Shown here one piece after another: positions 55,194-64,000 of a stretch of 64,000 nucleotides of DNA; position 1 is the stretch's first letter, and each line of letters starts with the position of its first letter. The position numbers were made by a program, and so were the translations under genes. The stretch is from positions 1-64,000 of the IMG/VR virus record IMGVR_UViG_3300028800_001035; one strand, given 5' to 3'. The notes under the pieces were generated by a model. That model did no database searches, was not told the origin of the DNA, and saw only the letters and a program-made list of their open reading frames with translations. The DNA is from a virus.

Positions 55194-55778
55194 TCAATCT
55201 TCCCCGCAGCCGACGCCGATCGCGCCGCGATCCCGGCTCGAGACGAAGTCCTTCCAGAACTTCCAACCCTTCGGGCAATAGAAGCCCCAATCCCGTATGC
55301 GGAAGCCCATCAGGAAGAGGGAAACGGTTTCCGGTATGCTCCCGTCCGCCTCGCGCTTGAGGACGATCCGATGCGCCGTCGCCGCCCGGCGGATCGTTAC
55401 CGAGCCTTCCTTGCGAAATGTCTTGTACGTCGGGCGGAAGACCGCCTGCTCGCGTAGTTGCGATATGCGGGTCTCGGACAAGGGAACGAAGAGGACTTCC
55501 CAGTAGCCGGTCTTGAGCGGGATCGAGACGCTCCCGAACGGATGATCGTGAAGCGCCCGATCGTCGTCGTCGTGAAGGAACCGATGAACGTAAACCGCCG
55601 GGAGCGCCCGGACGAACGCCTCCCATCGGTTCTTCGGGACGGAGCCCTTCTCGTAGTTCGACCACGAACACAAATGCCACCGGAGCATATAGCGGTCGCC
55701 CGGCGGCCCGACCTCGAAGTCCGGAGACCGCGACGCCATTACGCGCTCGGCCCGTTTCAGTAACGCCTCTCTGATCAT
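55194..55778 (-). CDS. Cupin-like metal-binding protein
   Basis: VHRF...DDDRALHDHP....S..L..GY.E and a later HRI motif. Confidence 0.65.
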   Translation of the reverse strand: MIREALLKRAERVMASRSPDFEVGPPGDRYMLRWHLCSWSNYEKGSVPKNRWEAFVRALPAVYVHRFLHDDDDRALHDHPFGSVSIPLKTGYWEVLFVPLSETRISQLREQAVFRPTYKTFRKEGSVTIRRAATAHRIVLKREADGSIPETVSLFLMGFRIRDWGFYCPKGWKFWKDFVSSRDRGAIGVGCGED

Positions 55779-55791
55779 CTTCTCTCCTCCC

Positions 55792-57276
55792 TTAAATCCG
55801 ATACCCGTACTGCGTGCCCGGCGCGACGAGGATCAGCTTCTCCTTGCACCGCGTCGCGCCGACGTAGAACACGCGATGCTCGCTATCCTCGTCGAGCTCC
55901 ATCGCCCGGCTCGTCCGGTAGGTCATATCGGTGACGAGGACGACGCCCTCCGCCTCCGCGCCCTTGCTCCCGTGGATCGTCTCGATCCGGACCTTCGGCT
56001 CGTCGGTCAGCTTCCCGCCGCGCCGCATGATCGCGAGGTAATATTCGCGGGTCTCGAGGGGGATCTCGGTCAAGGCGTCGTGCCATATCCGGCCGGCATC
56101 GTAGCCGAGCTCGGCGGCGGAGCGGCTCCCCTCGAACGGCTCGAACGCGATCCCGGCGGACTTGGCGAGGGCGTCGGCCTCCTCCCGGTCTATCTTCTTG
56201 CCGCCCCGGAGCGCCTCGTGGGCCTTGATCGCGCGGACGTCGGCCCAGCGGACGGACTTCTCGCCCTTGACCTCGTACGCAACCCCCTGCGCCCTTGCGG
56301 CGGCGGCGAGCGCGGGAAGTTGCGCCCTAGTCCTCGCCAACAAGAGCCAGCGCCCGTCCCCTCCGAGGCCCGCTCCGGAGAAGTCGACCTCGTCGGCGGC
56401 GGCAACCCAATCGACCGACCCTTCCCGGTTGGAGGGCCGCCAGTCGCGGGCGTACTTCTTGCCGATCCGCGCCCCGATCTCCGCCGCGAGCCGGAAGGGG
56501 GCTCGCGGTAGGCGATGCGACAGGGGGAGATTCTCGATCTCGAAGCCCTCGGCGCGGAGGCCGAGGAACTTCTCCTCGTCGGCCCCGGCCCAGTGGTGGA
56601 TCATTTGCATATCGTCCCCGGCGACGAAAAGTTCCTCCGCGTTGGCGAAGAGGCGGTTCGCGACGCGCCACTGCGCGCGGGAGAGGTCTTGCGCTTCGTC
56701 GACGATCGCGACGTCGACGTCGAGCGGGGGAAAGGAGGAGTCGGCGTAGCGCGTCAGCATATCCGTGAAGTCGAGGACGTCCTCGTCGTCCTTGTAGGCC
56801 TCGTAGGCGCGGTTGAAGCGGAGGAGCCGGAACCACTCGAGCTCGGAGCCGTGATCGCTCCAGGCGTCGGCGAGCGAGCGCCCGGTCGTCCGCGCGAAGT
56901 GGTCGAGCGTCAAGAGCGGATCGGCGGAGCGACCAGCGACCGGCGCGTCGGAGAAGGGGTTCGTCAAGGACGTCAGGAGCTCGCCGGTAATCTCGGAGAC
57001 GCGGTCGAGGTGCTCGTCGCCGAGGACGCGGCCCCGCCCGAGGCCGAGCTCGCGGAAGGCGAAGGCGTGGATCGTCTTGAAGTTCGGGAGGTCGTCCGGG
57101 GTTAGGCCGAAGGCGTCGCAGGCCCGCTTGATCGCGAGCCGGATCGCCTCCTTCGTAAAGGACGCGAAGGCGATCCGCGCGGGCGGGATGCCCGCCTCTA
57201 AGGCGAGCTCGACCTTGCGGAGGAGCTTCTCCGTCTTGCCAGCGCCGGGCCCGCCGAGGACGAGGACCTTCCTCAT
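55792..57276 (-). CDS. Second UvrD-like SF1 helicase
   Basis: GGPGAGKT, TIHAF, VDEAQD, AGDD.Q.I, TIHGSKGAE, YVGATR. Confidence 0.92.
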   Translation of the reverse strand: MRKVLVLGGPGAGKTEKLLRKVELALEAGIPPARIAFASFTKEAIRLAIKRACDAFGLTPDDLPNFKTIHAFAFRELGLGRGRVLGDEHLDRVSEITGELLTSLTNPFSDAPVAGRSADPLLTLDHFARTTGRSLADAWSDHGSELEWFRLLRFNRAYEAYKDDEDVLDFTDMLTRYADSSFPPLDVDVAIVDEAQDLSRAQWRVANRLFANAEELFVAGDDMQMIHHWAGADEEKFLGLRAEGFEIENLPLSHRLPRAPFRLAAEIGARIGKKYARDWRPSNREGSVDWVAAADEVDFSGAGLGGDGRWLLLARTRAQLPALAAAARAQGVAYEVKGEKSVRWADVRAIKAHEALRGGKKIDREEADALAKSAGIAFEPFEGSRSAAELGYDAGRIWHDALTEIPLETREYYLAIMRRGGKLTDEPKVRIETIHGSKGAEAEGVVLVTDMTYRTSRAMELDEDSEHRVFYVGATRCKEKLILVAPGTQYGYRI

Positions 57277-57521
57277 CTCCCGACCTCGATCTTCCCCGGC
57301 TGCCAATAGGTCCGCGCGCCTATTCCCGGGCGGTCGAGAAACTCGCCGCGCTTGCCGGGCTTGTAGAGGTCGACGAGGACGAGGAAGCCGAACGTCTCGT
57401 CCGGGATCACGCGCTTGACCCGCCCCGCCCGACCGAAGCAAGGGTCGTCGCGGATGATCACGTCGCGCCCGACGAGGCGTTCGGCGGCGGCGAAGGTCGC
57501 CGCAAAGTCGGAAGCCATCAC
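57273..57521 (-). CDS. Hypothetical protein
   Basis: Tiles the operon. Confidence 0.5.
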   Translation of the reverse strand: MMASDFAATFAAAERLVGRDVIIRDDPCFGRAGRVKRVIPDETFGFLVLVDLYKPGKRGEFLDRPGIGARTYWQPGKIEVGR

Positions 57522-58009
57522 GGCGCGTCCGCCTTCTCAAGCTCGCCGGGGGCGCTCGCGAAGAAGTCGGCGGGAGAGTCGTAGCGGAGGCTCGCGACGA
57601 TCTCGTCGAGCGCGACCTTGAGCGTCCCGCGCCGCTTCATCGCTCGACCGAACTGCCACTTCGAGTATCCCCGGTTCGTTCCGATAACGTAGATCGGCTT
57701 CCCGTGCGCGTCGGCGTAGCCCGCCTCGTAGAGCGCGCCCTTGAGGTCGTCGTCGCGCTCGGCGTAGACGAGGAAGACGTCGGCGCGACGTATGTCGGCC
57801 TTGTTATCCTCGAGCCAGTGCCGCGCGGGGCGGTTCATCTCGCTCGAAACGTCGGCGACGGCGGCCCAGCGGGAAGTCAGGTAGATGTTTGGGTAGGCGT
57901 CGCGGATCGCGAGGATCTTCTTCGCGTGGAGGAGCTTGCTCGCGGCATAGAGCGAGACGGACGCCCCCGGCGGTAGCGCCATACTCTGCGTCTTCATATC
58001 TCCGGTCAT
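57518..58009 (-). CDS. Nucleoside 2-deoxyribosyltransferase-like protein
   Basis: LYAAS, D..DIRRADVFLVY, GALYEAGYA...GKPIYVIG. Confidence 0.75.
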   Translation of the reverse strand: MTGDMKTQSMALPPGASVSLYAASKLLHAKKILAIRDAYPNIYLTSRWAAVADVSSEMNRPARHWLEDNKADIRRADVFLVYAERDDDLKGALYEAGYADAHGKPIYVIGTNRGYSKWQFGRAMKRRGTLKVALDEIVASLRYDSPADFFASAPGELEKADAP

Positions 58010-58854
58010 TGTTTTCCCTTTCCGAGGTTCTTGGTGAATAGTTCTTCGAGGCCCGCCGCGTAGGCGGCGATCAGGGTCGCTCCGGAGGAGAGCTTCCGCG
58101 ACTCCGCCATTCCGAAGAGATATTTGATCCCGACGGTCTTGATCGCGCGGATCACGCCGATCGGGTCGGCGAGCCACGCCGGGTTGGCGGCGAGGACGGA
58201 GGTCGTCGCCGTCACGATCGGGGCGCGGAGGAGGCCCGGGTTGCCGCCGCCGGTATCGACGACCGTCCGGAGCGCGAGTTCGAGGACCTCGGGCCCCCAG
58301 GACTTGAAGGCCTTCTCGAGCGCGCCGATCGCGAGGGTCTCGCCGGGGACCATCCCGGAGAGCGGCTTCGTCCCGCGCGGGATCGTCACGCCGACCTTCT
58401 CGAGGACGCGGCTCAAGCGGACGGCGACGGAATCCCCGGCCATGAGCCGCGCGTGCCAGATTTGCTGCTCGGCGATCGCGGTAACGGCCCCGTTGATCAC
58501 GGAGAAGGCCTTCGCCTCGTCCGCCCGGTCCCCCCTGATAACGAGGCACGGGACCTTCTCGATCCCGCCGTGGGTCCGCGCTGCGATCGCCCGGTGCTGC
58601 CCGTCGATTACGGCGTAGAGGCCGCCCTCGCGCGCGCAGACGACGAGCGGGGAGAAGAGGCTCCAGGAGAAGTTTTCGATCACCTGCCGGATGTTCTTCT
58701 CGCCCTTCGGCCCGATCGGTCGCTGATACTTCGGGTCGATCCGGAGGTCGCGGAGGTCGAGCCACGCGAGCTCGCCGACGGCGTCGGTCGGAGCCGGGTT
58801 CGGGAAGGGCGGCGCGAAGGCGACCGCGTCGAGGGAGAGAAGTTCGTCGTTCAT
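58006..58854 (-). CDS. ParB/Srx-like domain protein (DUF6551-like)
   Basis: LRIDPKYQR, VIDGQHRA.AA, EAKAF..IN. Confidence 0.75.
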   Translation of the reverse strand: MNDELLSLDAVAFAPPFPNPAPTDAVGELAWLDLRDLRIDPKYQRPIGPKGEKNIRQVIENFSWSLFSPLVVCAREGGLYAVIDGQHRAIAARTHGGIEKVPCLVIRGDRADEAKAFSVINGAVTAIAEQQIWHARLMAGDSVAVRLSRVLEKVGVTIPRGTKPLSGMVPGETLAIGALEKAFKSWGPEVLELALRTVVDTGGGNPGLLRAPIVTATTSVLAANPAWLADPIGVIRAIKTVGIKYLFGMAESRKLSSGATLIAAYAAGLEELFTKNLGKGKQ

Positions 58855-59207
58855 ATCGCCTCCGCGTTCGGGTCCGCCATATAGTAGCCGCGTCCCCAGG
58901 ACGTCCCGATGTCGATCCCGAGCGGCTTGATTTTCTTCCGGAGCTTGCAGACGTATACGTCGACTATCTTGATCTCCGGGACCTCTTCCTCGGTCCTCCG
59001 GAGTTGGTATAGGTGCTCGAGGATCGCCTCCTTCGGGACGATCCGCCCGGCCCTCTCGAAGATGAACTCGAAGACCGCCATCTCCTGCGGGGTCAACGAC
59101 CCGCAGCGCTTGCCGCCGTAGCGTATCTCCGCGCGGTCGCGGTCGAGGATTATTCCGCCGAACTCGGGAAGCGCCGAACCGCAATGCTCGCAAACTCTCC
59201 CGCTCAT
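58851..59207 (-). CDS. CtrA-like OmpR winged-helix protein without receiver domain
   Basis: KEAILEHLY...PEIKIVDVYVCKLRKK...IGTSWGRGY; N-terminal CxxC. Confidence 0.8.
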   Translation of the reverse strand: MSGRVCEHCGSALPEFGGIILDRDRAEIRYGGKRCGSLTPQEMAVFEFIFERAGRIVPKEAILEHLYQLRRTEEEVPEIKIVDVYVCKLRKKIKPLGIDIGTSWGRGYYMADPNAEAI

Positions 59208-59626
59208 CCGTAGACCTCCCCTATCATCGACGCGACGGCGCGAGCGTGCGGGCCCGTCGCCTCGAACTGCTCGACGAGGATCGCGACGACCTTGCTCCGG
59301 CGCTCGAGCTCGCCGGGCGCGAGCTCCGGGCGCGTCGCGCGAACGGCGGAATAGCCGAGCCCGAAAACGGTCGTCGTCAGGACGACGCCGTAGTCCGCGA
59401 GCTTGAAACGGAGCCGCGAGGCGTAGACGCGGGAGGCGTTGAGCGGGTCCTCTTCGACCTTGCCGACGTCGCCGACGAGGTCCCGATGCCGCACCGGGCG
59501 ACCCTCGGCGCGAAGTAGCGTCGCGACGAAGCGCGCCTCGGCGCGGGTCAGGCTCATTTCGACCGGGGCGTGAAACCGCCTCGCGACCTCGTCGAACGAC
59601 CATCCTCCCCACTCGATCATCATCAC
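59204..59626 (-). CDS. Second OmpR-type winged-helix protein
   Basis: LTRAE....LL...GRPV....L, VYASRLRFKL, TVFGLGY. Confidence 0.7.
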   Translation of the reverse strand: MMMIEWGGWSFDEVARRFHAPVEMSLTRAEARFVATLLRAEGRPVRHRDLVGDVGKVEEDPLNASRVYASRLRFKLADYGVVLTTTVFGLGYSAVRATRPELAPGELERRSKVVAILVEQFEATGPHARAVASMIGEVYG

Positions 59627-61215
59627 ATCTCCACCGCCGCCGCGCCGCGCGGGACGGCGTGCTCTTCGGTCTGCTCGGGGAAGGCGGGAACCGACCAATA
59701 GTCGACCCGCTTGCCCTTGATGTCGGATGCGTGACTATCGACGCCGCGCTTGCGGAGCCAGCGCCAGGCGTCGCGGTCGTTGATCCCAGCGAAGCGGTGG
59801 GCGGTCAAGTAGGCGAAGAAGTCGGTCGAGCGGAAGTAGACGCGCTTCTTCGCGTGATCCGTAAAGGCCTTCCCGAGGATGATTTCTTCGAGGAGCCGCG
59901 CGCGGGCCCGGCCTGTGCAGAAGGCGGCGAGGTGCGCGAAGAACTGCCCCTCCCGCGTCCCGTCGTCGGGAACGACGATCGTCGTCGCGCTTGCGAGGAG
60001 GTCGCGGACGATCTTCTCCCAGGCGGACGGCTTGACGGGGTTGGGCCATTTGTTGAGGCGCTCGATCACGAAGGTCCGGAACTTGCGCTGATCCGTCAAC
60101 GCGTCGGTCGTCACCTCGAGGAGCTCGCCGTCGACCTCGATCACCCAGACGGGCGGTTCGGTCAGGACTTTGGCGAGGGTCCCGAACTTGACGCCGGGGT
60201 CGAGCGGTTCGCCGCCAAGGCCGAAGTCGACCTTGGCGCAGGCGGTCTTGTTGCAGACGCCGGAGATCGGGCCGTCTTTGCATTTGTAGAAGTAGTTCTT
60301 CTTCTTGACCGACTTGACGACCGACCGTATATCCGCGCTCGGAACGCCGAGGCCGAGCCGGTCATTGTAGTCGATCAGCGCGGCCTCGACGTCCTCCTCG
60401 CCGCGCTTCTTGAGGTATATCCCGATGTCGAAGAGGGAGTTGTTTCCCCAATCGCCCCAGCCGTTCGTCGCCCAGAGCGTCCGGAGGCACGGCGGAGCTC
60501 CGGGGAAGAGGTCCTCGCCCGGCGGCGGAAGATCGGGCGGCGTCGCGACCTCGATCTTCTCGAGCGTCTCCGGCGAGATCGCGCGGCGGCGAACCTCCTC
60601 TATGAACTCGTCGACCGAGAGCGCCTCGTCGTTCGGCCCGAGGGCGTAGCGGAGGCTCCGGTTGCCTCCGGCATACGGGATGTTGATCCAGGACCCGTCC
60701 GACTCCGGCGTAAGGACGTCCTGCTTCGGAAATATTTCGACGCCGGGATGGCCCAAGGCGATAGCCCAGGCGATCAGCTTCTCGCGGACGAGCGTCGCCC
60801 GCGCGGGCGAAGAGAGGAAGAGGTAGGCGTGCGCGCCGGAGGACTTGGTCCGGCAAACGATCAAAGGAAGGCCGAGCTCGGCGACCTTGGCTCTGAACTT
60901 CTCGATGGTTAGCGGATAGACGTCGACGTCGATTGCGCCGAAGACGGCGGTTCCGTCCTCGCGGATCGGGACGATCCCGAGCCCGACCGGGCCCGTAACG
61001 GGCTCGTCGGTCTTCTCGTCCTTGACGGTCGCGATCACCCCGGAGAGGTGATCTTCCCATTCCTTGAGGCCGACGGGGCGCTTCGACGTCCAGGGACGGC
61101 CGACGATCTTGCCGGTCTTCGGATCGGCGATCGCGCCGGTCGGAACGACGTAGCGCCCGCTCGATCGCGCGAGCCCCGCAAATATCCGAGAAAATTCTTC
61201 CGCCCTTGATGACAA
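59623..61215 (-). CDS. AEP-superfamily primase
   Basis: GAIDVD, TKSSGAHAYLF, EIFPKQ, WINIPY, PPC plus Cys cluster. Confidence 0.8.
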   Translation of the reverse strand: MSSRAEEFSRIFAGLARSSGRYVVPTGAIADPKTGKIVGRPWTSKRPVGLKEWEDHLSGVIATVKDEKTDEPVTGPVGLGIVPIREDGTAVFGAIDVDVYPLTIEKFRAKVAELGLPLIVCRTKSSGAHAYLFLSSPARATLVREKLIAWAIALGHPGVEIFPKQDVLTPESDGSWINIPYAGGNRSLRYALGPNDEALSVDEFIEEVRRRAISPETLEKIEVATPPDLPPPGEDLFPGAPPCLRTLWATNGWGDWGNNSLFDIGIYLKKRGEEDVEAALIDYNDRLGLGVPSADIRSVVKSVKKKNYFYKCKDGPISGVCNKTACAKVDFGLGGEPLDPGVKFGTLAKVLTEPPVWVIEVDGELLEVTTDALTDQRKFRTFVIERLNKWPNPVKPSAWEKIVRDLLASATTIVVPDDGTREGQFFAHLAAFCTGRARARLLEEIILGKAFTDHAKKRVYFRSTDFFAYLTAHRFAGINDRDAWRWLRKRGVDSHASDIKGKRVDYWSVPAFPEQTEEHAVPRGAAAVEM

Positions 61216-61251
61216 TGCCCCGAGCCTTCAATCGACTTCTTCGTCTCGTTG

Positions 61252-61293
61252 AAAAACCCGGGCGGCGGAGCCCTTCTATCCGCCGCCCGGTTC
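61252..61293 (-). terminator. Intrinsic terminator after the SSB-like gene
   Basis: CCGGGCGGCGGA-loop-TCCGCCGCCCGG followed by GTTTTT on the - strand. Confidence 0.8.
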
Positions 61294-61302
61294 AGGCGAC
61301 GC

Positions 61303-62217
61303 TTACATCTCGACTTCGTTCTCGGCTGCGGGTTCCTCGACCAAACCGCCGGTGTAGTCGACCTCGGCCTTGCCCTCCTCGACAAACTTCGCGAACTCCT
61401 TCGCCATAGCGAAGAGCGGGTCGGACTTCTTGATGAACGACTTGACGGAGACGTCGTCCGAGCCGTCCTCCTTCTTCGCGAGGAGCCCGATCACGTAACC
61501 CTTGAACGCGCCCTTCTTGTTGCGCTCGTTGCCGGTGGTCAGGAGCCACTTGTGGGAATAGAGCGCGGGCTTGACCGGGACCTCCGAACCGGCGACGAGG
61601 TATTCGAAGCCGTCGGCGCGGTCGATGAACGTAGTGTATTTAGAAATTTGCGTCGACTGGAACGGAACAATCGCGCGGAACTTCGATCCCGTCGCCGGGT
61701 CGATGAGGATCGAGTAGAGCTCGAAGCTCTCGACGATCTCCGTCCCGTCGAGCGGCTTGCCGTCCTTGTCCCGCTTGGTCACGCCGTTCGGGAGGCGGCC
61801 GAACTTGCCGAACTTGGCGCGGAGGTCCTTGATGAGCTTGTCGCCGGGCTGATGAAGGCCGACGAAGCCCCCGCCGATCTCGCGCGGCGTATATTCGATG
61901 AACTTGTGATCCCGCGCGCACGCGATCATAATCAACGACGAGTAGAGCTGCTTCGACGCCGTGTTCATGAAGAGCCCGGCCTTGGCGTTCGGCATATACT
62001 TGGCGTTGCCCTCCTCGCACTCCGGAGAGTTCGATTGAAGGATGCGGAGGAAGGGAACCTTCCGCTCGTCGGCGGAGATGTTCTTGAGCCCAGCCCCCCT
62101 GTCCTCCTCGTCGATCTCGACGACCGCGAGCTGGGTATTGTTTGCCGCCGTCGGGAGCTGCTTGTCGGCTTCCGGGGCCGGAGCCTCGGGTTTCTTTTCT
62201 TCGGTCTTGGCGTTCAT
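61303..62217 (-). CDS. Putative ssDNA-binding/recombination protein
   Basis: PFLRILQSNSPE motif, acidic C-terminal tail, next to the primase. Confidence 0.6.
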   Translation of the reverse strand: MNAKTEEKKPEAPAPEADKQLPTAANNTQLAVVEIDEEDRGAGLKNISADERKVPFLRILQSNSPECEEGNAKYMPNAKAGLFMNTASKQLYSSLIMIACARDHKFIEYTPREIGGGFVGLHQPGDKLIKDLRAKFGKFGRLPNGVTKRDKDGKPLDGTEIVESFELYSILIDPATGSKFRAIVPFQSTQISKYTTFIDRADGFEYLVAGSEVPVKPALYSHKWLLTTGNERNKKGAFKGYVIGLLAKKEDGSDDVSVKSFIKKSDPLFAMAKEFAKFVEEGKAEVDYTGGLVEEPAAENEVEM

Positions 62218-62278
62218 GTCGATATCCTTTTGGTCTTCGTTGAGCCGGTTCCTGGTTGCGTCGACCGGCGGCGGCGCG

Positions 62279-62719
62279 TCATACCCTTTCGGGTATCTTG
62301 ACCGCTCGCGTCGGCGAGCGGGAGAAGCAGGGGGTTTTGCGGTCTTCGACTTCGGCCTTGACCTCGGCCGCGCTGACGAGGCTCGTCGGTTTCCAGCCCT
62401 TGGTCGGACGGAGCTCGTACAAGCGCGCGGGAAGGACCGGGAGGCCGCGCCAATCTTTGCGCTGAACGACGAAGCGGCGGAGGGGCTTCCTCTCGTCGGC
62501 GATCATACCGGCGGCGATCTTGTCGCCCTCGGGATTGGCGCGGGCGGAAAGGACGCGGTCCGCGATGTTGCTGATCTCGCGCCAGACCGGCGGCATCTCG
62601 CCCTTGTAGTACTGCTCGACGCCGGGGAGGCCGATCTTCTCCCAGAACTCGGCGTGGTCGGTCATCTTCGGGTTGTTCTTGAGGACCGCGCAGGCCGTTG
62701 CGACTAGCTTGTTGCCCAT
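62279..62719 (-). CDS. Hypothetical protein
   Basis: ORF in the operon. Confidence 0.5.
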   Translation of the reverse strand: MGNKLVATACAVLKNNPKMTDHAEFWEKIGLPGVEQYYKGEMPPVWREISNIADRVLSARANPEGDKIAAGMIADERKPLRRFVVQRKDWRGLPVLPARLYELRPTKGWKPTSLVSAAEVKAEVEDRKTPCFSRSPTRAVKIPERV

Positions 62720-62935
62720 CTAACTCTTCCTCTTCGTCGCGGTGAAATTGTTGACGACCTTCGGGTCGATCCGGCGGCGCGGGCCGACGCCGCGCTCGGC
62801 GCGGAGCCGGACGACCTCGGCGCAACCGAAGCGGGACTGCTCGACGAAGACCGCGTTGAAGAGCTTCGTGCGGGACTTCTTCCCTACCGCGACGACGCCG
62901 ACCTCGTTGTAGATGTATTTTCCGTTCTTGCTCAT
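62720..62935 (-). CDS. Hypothetical protein
   Basis: ATGA overlap (MSKNGKYIY). Confidence 0.5.
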   Translation of the reverse strand: MSKNGKYIYNEVGVVAVGKKSRTKLFNAVFVEQSRFGCAEVVRLRAERGVGPRRRIDPKVVNNFTATKRKS

Positions 62936-63522
62936 TTCCCCTCCTTCGGCCCGACCAATTCGGCGCGCGTCAATTCGAATATCCCGATCAAGTCGCGCGG
63001 GAGCCGAAGCTCGAGCGGGACCTTCCCGGCGTCTTCCTTCTCGATCCGGCGGCGGACGAACGCCCGCCACGTCGCCGGGTGAATGTTGTCTTCGACCTCG
63101 TGCTCGATCGGACGCTTCCGCTTCTCGAGGTCGCGTATGAATTTGGCCGCGAGCTTCTCCTCCCCCTTGTCGAAGAAGGCCGTAACGACCTTCCGGACGA
63201 TCGGGAAGCCGTGCGCGGCGAGCCAGGCGTGTACCGCCGGTTCGTCTTCCTTGCGGATCGTCCCGGAGATGACTTTCGACTTCTCGACGCTCCAGCCGCC
63301 GTCGAGCGGGACCGAAGAGACCCCGGCCTCGCGGAGCGCGGCGGGGAGCTCGAACTCCTCGATCATCTTGACCTCCGCCGCGAACTTCGCGGCCTCGGCC
63401 TCGGCGACGGCTAGGTGCTTCTTCGCCTTCCACAACCGTCCCGCGATCGCGCGGATCGAGACGAGGGCTTGTGCCCCCGGCTCGACGCGCGGCTCGATCT
63501 CGGAGGGGTCGACGCGGATCAT
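62932..63522 (-). CDS. Conserved phage replication-module protein
   Basis: Coiled N-terminus, AWL..HG...IV, IHPATWRAFV pattern. Confidence 0.6.
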   Translation of the reverse strand: MIRVDPSEIEPRVEPGAQALVSIRAIAGRLWKAKKHLAVAEAEAAKFAAEVKMIEEFELPAALREAGVSSVPLDGGWSVEKSKVISGTIRKEDEPAVHAWLAAHGFPIVRKVVTAFFDKGEEKLAAKFIRDLEKRKRPIEHEVEDNIHPATWRAFVRRRIEKEDAGKVPLELRLPRDLIGIFELTRAELVGPKEGK

Positions 63523-63523
63523 C

Positions 63524-63799
63524 CTAGAACCCGTTCGCCTTGCGCCAGCGCGCGAAGCGGAGGGCGCGCTCGTAGAAGTCGGGGCTCTCGGTCATACTCT
63601 CGACCAAGCCTTTGAAGGTAAGTCCCGAGACGCCGTCCCCGGCCTTGCGCGGCCACTCCGCCGCGAGGCGGTTCGAGACCTCGTCGTCGAGCGCCTTCTC
63701 CGGCGTTGCGTGAACGCGGCCCGCGTAGCCGGTATAGGCGGGCGTCGGCTTGACCGAAAACTCCTCGAGTCCGGGGATTGCGTATGAGTTCTCCGTCAT
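63524..63799 (-). CDS. Hypothetical protein
   Basis: ATGA overlap (MTENSYAIP). Confidence 0.5.
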   Translation of the reverse strand: MTENSYAIPGLEEFSVKPTPAYTGYAGRVHATPEKALDDEVSNRLAAEWPRKAGDGVSGLTFKGLVESMTESPDFYERALRFARWRKANGF

Positions 63800-64000
63800 A
63801 GCGCGGCCTCGTACGGCGCGGCTTCGAGGAGAGCGGCGACGTGCTCGGGGAGGACTTCGCCGCGCTGGCATCCAATCGCTTCGTTCGCGTTGAAGAAGAC
63901 GCCGTAGCCGTGCTCCCAACTCAAGCCGATATTTTTCGCGATCGTTTGCGCCTCGAAGTATGCCTCCTGGCTATTGACCGTCCGCCCCGTCGCGGACGAG
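63796..64000 (-). CDS. 3' end of a gene truncated by the window edge
   Basis: Open frame ...IGLSWEHGYGVFFNANEAIG...YEAAL*. Confidence 0.5.
   Translation of the reverse strand, partial: SSATGRTVNSQEAYFEAQTIAKNIGLSWEHGYGVFFNANEAIGCQRGEVLPEHVAALLEAAPYEAAL

Noticed and set aside
1-64000. Very frequent TCGA/CGA and TCAAG/CTTGA words as a separate signal
   Set aside because: Largely explained by CTC/GTC/ATC codons followed by GAN or AAG; cannot be separated from codon bias without computation.

Overview
The whole window is a high-GC tailed dsDNA phage (myovirus-type: sheath, tube and baseplate genes), probably of an alphaproteobacterial host (CtrA-like and DUF3309-like genes). It has two convergent halves. 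The + strand late operon (~526-35604) runs NusG-like antiterminator, terminase, portal, head, contractile tail, baseplate, fibre and lysis genes. The - strand early/replication arm (35702-64000) carries a primase, SSB-like protein, two SF1 helicases, PolA, clamp-like protein, exonuclease, regulators and many small ORFs. No integrase, tRNA or CRISPR was seen, and the genome continues past the right edge. Top observations: (1) a candidate cytosine hypermodification cluster with a CmoA-like carboxy-SAM synthase, a C5-methyltransferase with motif X Asn->Arg, and an Asn-synthetase-like amidase; (2) a genome-wide pattern of inverted CCCCCTG...CAGGGGG pairs maintained through rare codons; (3) fibre-like, Cys-paired proteins with Sec signal peptides placed inside the lysis cassette; (4) a ~160 nt structured RNA with its own promoter; (5) a receiver-less CtrA-like DNA-binding protein. 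All family calls are from motif recognition by eye, not database searches.
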